Assembly (NCBI GenBank): GCA_035221665.1
Contig: JAVHYY010000407.1
Location: forward strand, 1-64,000
DNA: 64,000 nt
Direction: 5' to 3'
Source of the DNA: Okamejei kenojei
Taxonomy: Eukaryota
The notes beneath the pieces are model-generated. The model saw nothing but the letters and a program-made list of their open reading frames with translations. It did no database searches and was not told the origin of the DNA. The translations under genes were made by a program, and so were the position numbers. This document shows, piece by piece, positions 53,646 through 64,000 of the stretch. The stretch's first letter is position 1, and every line of letters starts with the position of its first letter.

Positions 53646-53819
53646 GGGTACACAAAATGCTGGAGAAACTCAGCGGGTGCAGCAGCATCTATGGAGCGAA
53701 GGAGATAGGTAACATTTCGGGGCGAAACCCTTCTACAGTTCGGCCCGAAACGTTCCCTATCTCCTTCGCTCCATAGATGCTGCTGCACCCGCTGAGTTTC
53801 AGCAGCATTTTGTGTACCC
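53646..53819. repeat. Near-perfect inverted repeat made of two Penelope-type termini
   Basis: gggtacacaaaatgctggagaaactcagcgggtgcagcagcatctatggagcgaaggagatagg and its reverse complement, short spacer. Confidence 0.92.
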
Positions 53820-55933
53820 TCGATTTTCCTGCCTCTGCAGTTCCTTCTTTAACACATAAACACAAGCGTCTCAGATACAGGGCATTCCTTGTTCTCGCTG
53901 CTCCCGTACGCCAAAAGCTACAGAAGCAGGAAAGGGGGCACCCGCTTCTTCTGCTGTTAGGTTTCCGAACGGTCCTTCCACAAGACAGAAGTGTGCGATT
54001 CTCCTTTTCCCCATTGTACGCTGTGAATCTCTGCTCTATCTATTGAAATTGATTTTGATACGATTGTATTTATGTATTGTATATCTGTTTTATTTCAAAA
54101 CATTAAAAAAAAAATAACCTTTTTAGTTTAGCGCGGTGCACGCAATAATAATACACACAAATCTGTATTCTGAACGATGGTATATTTTTATTTATGCGGT
54201 CTGGTGTCCTTGTGGATAGAATATAGATATAAACCGCACAGGAAAATGCATTTCGGCCCATAATGTCGGAGCGGAACATGGTATCAAGAAATATTAATGT
54301 TATCTGCTCTCGCATGATCCACATGTCTCATGTATTTGCATGATCCACATCACTCAAGTTGTTGCCTACACAAACGCCTCATGTACATAATGCTAACAGT
54401 CTCCACCACCAACACTAAAAGAGTGTTTCGGGCATCTGTTCAGAATAGTACCTCACACCTCAAATGCACTTTATCCTCTTACCTTAAAGACATGCCTTCT
54501 CGCGTTTGGATTTTCGCCAATATGCTAAAACTTCAAAACCCTCTCTAAATACTTTGCATTCTGCAGCGGAGAGCTGATCAGAACGCTTTGGGTGAGACAG
54601 CATTTGTGGTGTGTGTAGATGGGCATTGTTTCCTGATGGGTCTTGTTTCCAGACCTCTTCGTGGTCTCGATACAAAACGCCGTTAGTCTATTCCCTGCAC
54701 AGATGCTTCCCAGCCCGCGGATATCCCCCATCAATTTCTGTTTTCCTCGCATTGTTTAGTCTGTTTCAGATCATCTGCGGCAAATCTAAAGTATTGAGAT
54801 ATCGTGAAAAATACGACCGCGGAAATGAATCGTAAGAGTAAAAAGGACATCTGACACAGGACAATAATTGAAGAAAGAAAGAAAAACACTGAAAACGATT
54901 GGTGGAGATAAGTCCATGTTTTCCAGTAAGGATTTGATTACACTTCGTCATAGAGTCATAGAGTAATCCAGTGTGGCAACTGGCCCTTCTGGCCAACTTG
55001 CTCATAGCGGCCAACGTGTCCCAGCTACATTAGTACCACCTGCCCGCGTTTGTTCCATATCCCTCTAAACCTGACATATCCATTTACCTGTCAACTGTAT
55101 CTTAAATGGTGGGATAGTCTCTGCTAAATGTTCGGATAGAACCGCCTCCTGCCGTTCTCTGTTCGCGGAGCCAAGCCCGGAAATGTATATGTCACTTCCA
55201 GGTGTGCGTTTCAAATGACGGCGCACGCGGCTATTTACTTTGATTCGTTCTTGAGCTTCTGGTTGCCGACCGGGTGTGTTGCCTGCGCGCCAATGACATG
55301 CTGCAGATCGGAATGTCACTAAGGTGTAGAACAACTTCCGATTTTAGATTGTTTAGCGACTTCCCGCTTAAAACATATTGCCAAAACATTCGTCTGGATG
55401 GCGTGCTTCAAATTAGCTCCTAATTACTCACTGGATGAATTGATCGAGTGGCCATTGTGCAATTCGAGGATCCGACACGTCACAACCTCCAGACCCCTGC
55501 CCCTTTGGGCCATGCCATACGGTCATGTTGTCCCATAGACGACAACAAAATCCCAAGTTGCAAAGGTTAAATCCCATACCTTGCAGATGTGCGTTAGTGA
55601 AACCGTCACGATATTCAAAATACGATTCGACAGGTGCATTTATAGGGAAAGTGAAACTGCATGTGGGAGAACCGCGGGAAAATGGGATTCGCGTTGACTG
55701 GGCATCTCGTTTAGCCGGGACAGGTTAAGCCAGAGGGCCAGATTCAATGCTGTATGACCATGACTACTGCGAGTAGTCAGTTAGATGATCAGTGACATGT
55801 ACTAAGCGCGTAAGTGTGTGCTGGAAAAAAAATGAACAGTTTAATTGAGTTCACAGAAAACAAGCTGTGATGAATGAAAATGGTTGGATTGTCGGCGTGG
55901 GTCGGTGGGTGAAAGACCCTGTTTGTGTTTTGT

Positions 55934-56797
55934 CTAATATTCGGAATGTAAAAGTGCATGCATTGCTCTCAGTGGGAATTTAACCGCGTTTATCAGCTCA
56001 ACTCTGAATTTATTCTGGGTCACCACGTAAATACACGTGTTGGTGTAGATGCTGAGAAGCTGTACGAACCCCGGCGTGGCACGTGTGATATAGTAATGAC
56101 TGGTGGGGAAGCCGTCATATGCGACTTTCGCTATACCCGTAAAGATATAAAACAGCTTGTGTTGCCCACAGCAATATGAAAGTGCACGTGATACTAAGGA
56201 GTACTAAATACTAAATACCAAAACACTGCGCTTGTCCATCTCCGGGTCCTTGTCATTCCCTCCGTTGCTGGGGCCCCGGAGACCGCTGCTGACTCTGGCT
56301 GTCAGCACATTGAACAGAATAACCAGAAAGAACGGAATTCAAGGGGTTAGAACGCGATGTGCATCCGTCGACGTATAGAAGGTGGATTTAGTGAAGCACT
56401 CCCAGGCAAGATTATCAAATTCGTAGCCAGGCTCTATTGTAAAACACCAGGGGATATTTTCCAAACAGCCCAGCACAATCACTGCCCCGATAACCACAGC
56501 CGCCGTTCTCTCGGTACAATATTTTACTTTCAGTTTCTCACAACAAATGGCCACAAACCGATCGAAGGTGAAGACTACCGCCAGCCTGACAGAGACCGCG
56601 GTGGTTGCACATATCAGGAATACGACAGTCGTGCACACGGGAGTAATCTTCAGAAAAGATTGCGGGAAGTGAATTTCAAAAGTCTGATGTAGAAACGGAT
56701 CAGTGATGCCGACCCGATCAGACGCTGCCATGGCCACCAGGTAGCTTGGAGAGAACGCATTTACCTCGACAGAGTATCACTATCGCCAACAAGTTCA
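55934..56797 (-). pseudogene. GPR139-like GPCR paralogue, exon 2, decayed
   Basis: Acceptor tttgcag then (V)NLLAIVILCRGKCVLSK; VFTFDRFVAICCEKLKVKYCTERTAAVVI; in-frame stop after HRVLTP; DKDPEMDKRS; TNTCIYVVTQNKFRVELINAVKFP; multi-base deletions. Confidence 0.9.
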
Positions 56798-57229
56798 CTG
56801 CAAAGGAGAGGATAGATATTACTTACAAAAGTATCTGAGGAAATTGTCTGATCGGATCGTTTTCAAACTTGGATGCGTTGACTAACTGACCTTTAGCCCC
56901 GGCAAAGTACAGATAATACAGCTTTGGGCCACGTTGTCCACACACTCATCAATCACCAATGTATATTACGTTTACAGCTTTTAATTCTGCCCACGTTCTT
57001 GTCAACTGCACCCGCCTCCCCTCTCCCCCCATCCCCCAGAGTGTAGCATCTACTGCACTAAATGCCATATAAAATAGTTACGGAAACCGTTAATAGGCAG
57101 GTCAATTGCATGTGGGAGGAAACAAGACCACAGCCAGGAGTAGCGCAGTGCCGGAGGACGAACGATGAAACATTGCACACATTTGAGGTGATCACAGGTG
57201 ATTTGAGGCATCACTCGTAACTGGCTTCT

Positions 57230-58090
57230 AGTCCTGCACTATTTGCTCCGGCTTCTTTTCCATCTTCTTTTGTTCAGTGTGAAGTATTCCAGGATGATCC
57301 CGTTAAACTTATCACGTCGTACGATTCGTGCAGTCTTTAACCTTGTGTTGTTTTTTCAAACACACAAAACAGACCCCCTTCTCCTTTAAACAGTTCATAT
57401 TTTCTTTGTATTCCTTCTTCTTGAATTTTAGACACCACTTTATCGGATGACCATTTTTATCACACCACAAACAAAACACTTGTGGCTTAATAGTAGATGC
57501 ATCTCCTTTCCGTTTGCCTTTTGTTTCTGCGGGTATTACAGCAGCAGCAAAACCCCTTACGTCGCGATCTTCCTTTTGTCTTAGTAAAGGTAGCACATTC
57601 GACGTTCGCTGATTTTGGATCTTGAATATTCCCATGGCGCAGATTTGACATAAATCGTACTTCCCTGGCAATGAAATTGAACAGATTAGGAAATCTGGCT
57701 TCTCGATTTTCACCTTCCTGTATTTGGCCTGCTTTATCTCTACACTTTTCTCTAAGTTTGAAGGGCAGTTTAAGAATAATAGCCTGCATATGACCAACAA
57801 CATTCAATTCGTCCATGCGGTTGAGTTTGCTCAACGAGTTCCAATATCTAAGAAACATCGCAAACTCGTGCAATGCCTCCAAATCTTCCGCCTTGATAAC
57901 TGACCAGGCAACGACCTTCTTCATGTGAGCATTAGCAATCTTCGGTTCGTTTCCAAAATATTATTTGAGCAACACTCTTTCCTTTAGATATCCCTCTTTT
58001 GCAGGCAAATGTGGACAATTCTGTTCCATTTCAAATAACCATTTTCGTACGTTACCCACGACACCGTTAAGATATTCCATCGCTTCCTGA
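57230..58090 (-). mobile_element. BEL/Pao LTR retrotransposon gag fragment
   Basis: WSVIKAEDLEALHEFAMFL...ILKLPFKLREK; tandem zinc knuckles CLWC...H..C and CFVCL..H..C. Confidence 0.8.
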
Positions 58091-58149
58091 AACCACTGAT
58101 TATGCCCTTTGCCGATTTCTCCTCATCCCCAGCGGTCCCTCCTCCTCCT

Positions 58150-58735
58150 CTTCACCCTCCCTCTTCAATCCCTAGAGAGAGAGAGGGGGGGAAGAGAGGG
58201 AGGGTTGATAGAGAGGGAGGGGTAGTAGAGAGGGAGGGGGTAGAAAGGAGGGGTAGAGATGGAGGGAGCTCGGAGAGGGAGGGGGCAGAGAGGAAGGGGG
58301 CAGAGAGGGAGGGGGCTGGGGAGGTGGTGGTGGAGGGGAATAAAGACGGAGAGGGAGGGCGGTAGAGAGGGAGGGGAAGGGGTAGAGAGGGAGAGGGGTG
58401 GGGGTAGGAGAATGGGAGGGTAAAGGGAGGGGAGGGCGGTAGAGAGGGACAGGGGCAGAGAGGGGCGGAGTTAGAGAGAGGGAGAAGGGTAGAGGGAGCG
58501 GGTCGGTGTTAGAGTGGGGGAGGGAGGGTAGAGAGGTAGAGGGCGAGGGAGGGAGAGGGAGGGGTAGAGAGAGTGGGAGTGAGGGTAGATAGAGAGGCGA
58601 CATCTCCCTCCTCCACCGCTGCCCACCTACCTCCTCCACACCCTCCCCCAAATCTCCCTCTACAACCCCACTTCCCACCCCATCTCCCCTCTCCTTATGT
58701 CCCTCATCCTCCTCCTCGCACTCACATTCCCTGCC
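58150..58735. repeat. Low-complexity purine tract followed by a pyrimidine tract
   Basis: GA-rich to ~58595, then C/T-rich. Confidence 0.85.
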
Positions 58736-59583
58736 CCAGGACCTACCCAGATAATATAGCAGTGCCAGGGCCTGTAACTTGGCATGGTTCTTGAACTGGG
58801 CCCGGCCCTGGCTGCAGACTCTAGTCGTCAGCTCCGCCACCGCCTGGGCTCCAGTGTAGTCACAGACAATCTCCGGGCTCGTCCCGGACCCAAGCTCGTC
58901 CTTGATACCAGCGGCGGCTTCTTTCTCGGCGGCGGCTTCCAGCTCGAGCACCAGGGTCGGCTCCAGCCAGGGCCCGCGGCACCACCCTCGTCATAAGGTG
59001 TCGGGCGTCGGGCGCCGGCAGCCGCTGCTGTTCCTGGTGCCCTTCCATCTAGGAATGTCCCGCCCTGCCTTGCGAGTGCATTGTGACGTCACTCAGGGTT
59101 TTCTTCAGAAATGGGGGAGTTTGGGGGCTGAATTTAAAACAAAATGGTTTAATAGCATCGGAAATGTAGGTGATCATGAGACGGGAAGGTGTTTATCGCC
59201 ACGACGGGAAAACATAGAGTAGGATATGTGAAAATGGGAAGGCTGTGCGCCACCGTTTGGAAGAAAATAGCAAACACAGATTGACACATCGTCGGCACAA
59301 ACACAAATAATAGGAAACATTTTAGTATTATAGAGATACATCTCAAAGTCTCAACTGTTTTCTGTCGTCCATTCCTTGGCCGGATACAACTGATGTTCCG
59401 TCCAGTGGTGTCGTCATTCTACAGTCGGAGAGGAAGTTACTTTTGAGATCCTTCCGCTCACACACTGACCAATCTATAAATTGCCGTCATTCGTACGGGC
59501 ATCGTCTTGGGATGTTGGATCCTGACACTCGGCCAGTCACACGGTGAGCTACCTATGTACGTTTTAGTACCATCACATCCATC

Positions 59584-59880
59584 AGGCCCAGGGAGCCGTT
59601 GGTGAGAGAGGGTGGAGTACCTGGAGTTGTGAGTATAAAACACATCGCGGGGCTTGCTTTCACAGAGGCCCGGGGAGCCGTTGGTGAAAGAGTGTGGAGG
59701 AGCTGGAGCGGTGAGTATAAAACACATCTCGGGGCTTGCTTTCACAGAGGCCCAGGGCGCCCGTGGTGAGAGAGGGTAGAGGACCTGGAGCTGTGAGTAT
59801 AGAACACATCGCGGGGCTTGCTTTCACAGAGGCCCAGGGAGCCGTTGGTGAGAGAGGGTGGAGTACCTGGAGCTTTGAGT
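59584..59880 (+). repeat. 82-bp tandem repeat (about 3.6 units) at the 5' end of a CR1
   Basis: aggccc starts at 59584, 59666, 59748, 59830. Confidence 0.92.
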
Positions 59881-60103
59881 AAATCAAATCGGCAACGTTC
59901 CATCTCACTTCCAAAGAAGGAATTGTTGGAAGAGGACCCAAGGAAGCAGCTGATTGGGTGCAATCCCGGGTTTACAATTTTTACATTTCTGCCTTCAGGT
60001 TTAAGCATTCTAGGAGTTAAGGATTCAGTATTTATTAGTAAAGTTTAAAGGATAAGTGTTTGTGTTTTTTAATATTCAATACAGAGTAATTTGGGAGTAA
60101 GGT

Positions 60104-62152
60104 ATGTCAGTAGTGATCGGCCCCTTGGTTTGTTCAGCCTGCAACATGTGGGAGATCAGGGAGATGGTCGGTGTCCCGGGTGACTGCATTTGCAGTCCAG
60201 CGTGTGTCCAGCTGCAGCTCCTAGCAGACCGCATTGAACGATTGGAACTGCGGCTGGATTCATACTGGAGCATTCACGATGGGGAGAAAGTCGTGGATAG
60301 CACGTACAGCGGGTTGGTCACACCGCAGGCAAAAGGGAAGAGGACAAAAAGGGAACGGGTGGCCAATAGCCAGCAAAGCAGTAGGCAGGTAGTGCAGGAG
60401 TCCCCTGCGGTCATATCCCTCCTAAACAGGTATACCATTTTGGATACTGTTGAGGGAGATGGCTCATCAGGGGAATGCAGCAGCAGCCTGGTTCATTGCA
60501 CCATGGGTGGCACTGCGGCACATGAGGGGGAAAAAGAGGGGAAAGGCAATAGTAATAGGGGATTCAATTGTCTGGGGAATAGATAGGCGTTTCTGCGGCC
60601 GCAAGCGAGACTCCGGGATGGTATGTTGCCTCCCTGGTGCAAGGGTCATGGATGTCACTGAACGGCTGCAGAACATTCTGGAGGGGGAGCGTGAACAGCC
60701 AGTTGTTGTGGTGCATATTGGCACCAAGGATATGGGTAAAAAAAGGAATGAGGTCCTACAAGGTGAATTTAGGGAGCTAGGAGATAAACTTAAAAGTAGG
60801 ACCTCAAAGGTAATATTCTCTGAATTACTACCAGTACCACGGGCCAGTCAGAGTAGAAATATGAGGATATTGCAGATGAATACGTGGCTTGAAAAATGGT
60901 GCAAGGGGGAGGGATCCAAATGTTTAGGGCACTGGGACCAGTTCTGGGGGAGGTGAGACCAGTACAAACAGGGCAGTCTGCACCTGGGCTGGAATGGAAC
61001 CAGTGTCCTTGGGGGAGTGTTTGCTAGTGCTGTCGAGGAGGAGTTAAACTAATGTGGCGGGGGATGGGTACAAGAGCAGAGAGGCAGGTGGGTGTAAAAT
61101 GAGGATAAAAGCAATAGGTAGCAAGGTGAAAAGTAAAAGTGGCAAGCAGACAAAACCAGGGCAAAAATCAAAAAGGGCCACTTTTCAGCAAAATTGTATA
61201 AGGGGTAAGTGCGTTGTAAAGACAAGCCTGAAGGCTCTGTGTCTCAATGCAAGGACTATTCGTAATAAGGTGGGCGAGTTGAACGTGCAGGTAGCTGTTA
61301 ATGGTTATGATATAGTTGGGATCACGGAGACATGGCTCCATGGTGACGTAGTCTGGGAGCTGAACATCCAGGGATATTCAATATTCAGGAGGGATAGAGT
61401 GAAAGGAAAAGGAGCTGGTTAGAGAGGAGAATAACGCAATGGAAAGGAAGGACATTAGATTGGAGAATGTGGAATCGGTATGGGCAGAGCTGCAAAACAC
61501 TAAGGGGCAGAAAACGCTGGTGGGTGTTGTGTACAGGCCACCTAACAGTAGCAGTGAAGTTGGGGATGGTATCAAACAGGAAATTAGAAATGCTTGCGAC
61601 AAAGGCAAAACAGTTATAATGGGTGACTTGAATCTACATATACATTGAGTGAATCAAATTGGCAGGGGTGCTGAGGAAGAGGATTTTTTTGGAATGTATG
61701 CGGGATAGTTATCTAAATCAACATGTAGAGGAACCAACGAGAGAGCAGCCTATTTTAGACTGGGTTTTGAGTAATGAGGAAGGGGTAGTTAGCCGTCTTG
61801 TTGTACGTGCCCCCCTGGGCAAGAGTGACCATTTGAGTTCTTCAGTAGGATGGAGAGTGACATTGTTAATTCAGAAACAATGGTTCTGAACTTAAAGAAA
61901 GGTATCTTTGAGGGTATGAAACGTGAATTGGCCAAGATTGACTGACAATTAATTCTAAAAGGGTTGACGGTGGATATTCAATGGAAGACATTTAAAGACT
62001 GCATGGGTGAACTAAAAAAATGTTCATCCCATTTTGGCAAAAGAATATATCGGGGAAGCTAGTGCATCCGTGGATAACAACGGAAATCAGGGATAGTATC
62101 AAAGCAAAGGATGATATGTACAAAGTGGCCAGAAAAAGCAGCATACCAGAGT
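60104..62152 (+). mobile_element. CR1 LINE 5' half: ORF1 (Zn-finger/zipper plus SGNH esterase) and ORF2 endonuclease, truncated
   Basis: VCSACNMWE...CICSPACVQLQLL; AIVIGDSIV...CCLPGA...VVHIGT; CLNARTIRNK...GITETW; 61500-62150 closely matches 36660-37320. Confidence 0.92.
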
Positions 62153-62574
62153 ACTGTGGAGGAGTCACGTTGGTGGATGTTTATATCAAAATGTATTTTC
62201 AAGTCAAAAGAGTTTATTGGCATGTGTCCCTGACAGGACAATGAAATTCTTTCTTTGCATAGCACAACAGAACATAGTAGGCATAGACTACAGTTATATA
62301 CTTAAATAAACACATTAATTAATAAATTCATGAAGTGGAAATAACAGATGGAGGGGTATTAATGTTTATAGTTTGGTCCGAGCCAGGTTTAATAGCCTGA
62401 TGGCGTTGGGGAAGTAGCTATTCCAATTTTAACATTTTGTGTGTTCCGTAGCTTTTTCTTTGTATACTGACTTGGTAAATGAAATTCCTCGTATGTTGCA
62501 AAACATACTTGGCTAATAACGTATTATTGTATTGAACGGTATTGCATGTATCCCTTTTAGTATTCCAGTGAAAG

Positions 62575-62727
62575 TTGGATAATTGCTCTTAGGGCTAACG
62601 GAATCAAGGGATATGGGGAGAAAACTGGAACGGGATACTGATCCTGGATGATGAGCTATGACCATATTAAATGGCGGTGCTGGCTCATAGGGTCGATCGG
62701 CCGACACCTGTACCTATTTTCTATGTA
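62575..62727 (+). mobile_element. CR1 3' tail fragment
   Basis: ggaatcaaggggatatggggagaaa...ctattttctatgt. Confidence 0.7.
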
Positions 62728-62994
62728 TATATGACGTCCGTTCCAAATCCAGCGTATTCCTTGTAACGTGAACACGATTATGACGTTCTTAAGTAGTTAT
62801 CGCTTAGCAGTGAGAGTTTCTTGAGATGGTCCGAGATAGTTTTGATTAGAAATACAGCGTGGAAACCGGGTACTTGTCGACCAGTGATAGCCCATTCATT
62901 AGTTCTATCCTGGACACTAGGGGCAATATTAGCAGCCAATTAACCTACGTCTTTGGTATACAGTCATAGAATGATACAGTGCCAATGACACAGA

Positions 62995-63276
62995 TACAAC
63001 CAGCCGCTGACGGTGGTGCCGGGGGGTCGGGGGTGGGAGTGGATGCAACGCGTGCTGAGCAATACCACCGCTGTCTCCATGACCTGGACCCATCTGGACC
63101 TCAAGTTCGACAAGGTGTTCCTCAAGCGGGCCTTTGTCCACTGGTACGTGGGAGAGGGGTTGGAGGAAGGGGAGTTCCAGGACGCCCGGGCAAATTCGGC
63201 TTCACTAGAGCAGGCAGACGAAGAGATAGCGATCGAGTCGGCCGATCTGGAAAGTAAACTGGAGGAGGAAGAATAA
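62995..63276 (+). pseudogene. Alpha-tubulin last exon, open but divergent, acceptor region replaced
   Basis: QPLTVVPGG...[44 protein letters not shown]...LEEEE-stop; AATAAA overlaps the stop. Confidence 0.85.
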
Positions 63277-64000
63277 AGAATGTGTTAATATATGCTGTAA
63301 TATTTTTGGTGTAAATTGTAATGTGTAATATCTATTTATAAATAGTAATATTGTTTTGAAATTCACTGGTTATATTTAGTTTAATTTACTTTCGTGTGCC
63401 AATGTACAATGAAAATCGTGTTGTTGCTGCTATCCACTCAAAGAAAATACTACATGATTACAATCGAGCTGCGTTGGAAGGAACTGCAGATGCTGGTTTA
63501 CATCGAAGATAGAGACAAAATGCTGGAGTAACTCAGCGGAAGAAGTAATGGGTGACGTTTCGGATCGAGACCCTCCTTCAGACTAATGTCTGAAGCAGAT
63601 AATTCTGAAGAAGGGTCGCGACCGAACTTCAACCATTCTAACTCTCCAATCTCGCTGTTGCTCCAACATTTTGTGACTACTATATTCAACTGTCCATAGT
63701 GCGCAGATAGAGGATAAAGAGAATAACATTTAGTGCAACATAAAGTCCAGTAATATCCCACGAAAGATAGACCGAGAGTCTCCAATGAGGTAGATGGTGG
63801 ATATACACAAAATGCTGGAGTAACTCAGCGGGTCAGGCATCATCTCTGGAGAAGCAAATAGGTGACGTGTCGGATCGGATCCCTTCAGTCGATGGTACTG
63901 TCAGGGTACATATCTAGTTGGTGATAGGATGATTCAGTTTCCTGATAACAGCTGGGAAGAAACTGTCCCTGATATAGGAGGTTTGCGTTTTAGCACTGCT

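Noticed and set aside
58102-58794. Pro/Leu/Ser-rich and Gly/Arg/Glu-rich ORFs
   Set aside because: Translations of low-complexity GA and CT tracts.
60450-60956. Host GDSL/SGNH lipase gene
   Set aside because: It is the esterase domain of CR1 ORF1, directly followed by the ORF2 endonuclease.

Overview
This is eukaryotic, repeat-rich vertebrate DNA. The CR1, L1, Penelope and tRNA-SINE complement looks like a cartilaginous fish, most likely a skate or ray (inference). There are no prokaryotic features. Host genes fall into two families. (1) A minus-strand cluster of two-exon orphan class A GPCRs of the GPR139/GPR142-like type: one intact gene (exon 1 29050-28981, exon 2 21936-21020, 328 aa), an indel-ridden tandem duplicate (8121-2198), a decayed paralogue (56797-55934), and an extra intact 70-nt first coding exon (32691-32622) with no second exon of its own. 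(2) A scrambled alpha-tubulin locus: a promoter plus exons 1-4 on + (46449-48857) and three separate copies of the last exon (45.6 kb -, 51.5 kb -, 63.0 kb +). The rest is mobile DNA: two L1s (one with a 13-bp TSD), many CR1 pieces including a CR1-in-CR1 nest splitting a 47-bp satellite, Penelope fragments with hammerhead-ribozyme-like motifs, Gypsy and BEL/Pao remnants, a solo LTR with TSD, a Tc1 end and a SINE. Roughly 0.6-10.3 kb and 11.9-31.2 kb are two copies of one tandem segmental duplication. The stretches at about 1-7 kb and 46.8-48.9 kb look like poorly polished consensus, so pseudogene calls there are provisional. All alignments were done by eye and most repeat boundaries are approximate.
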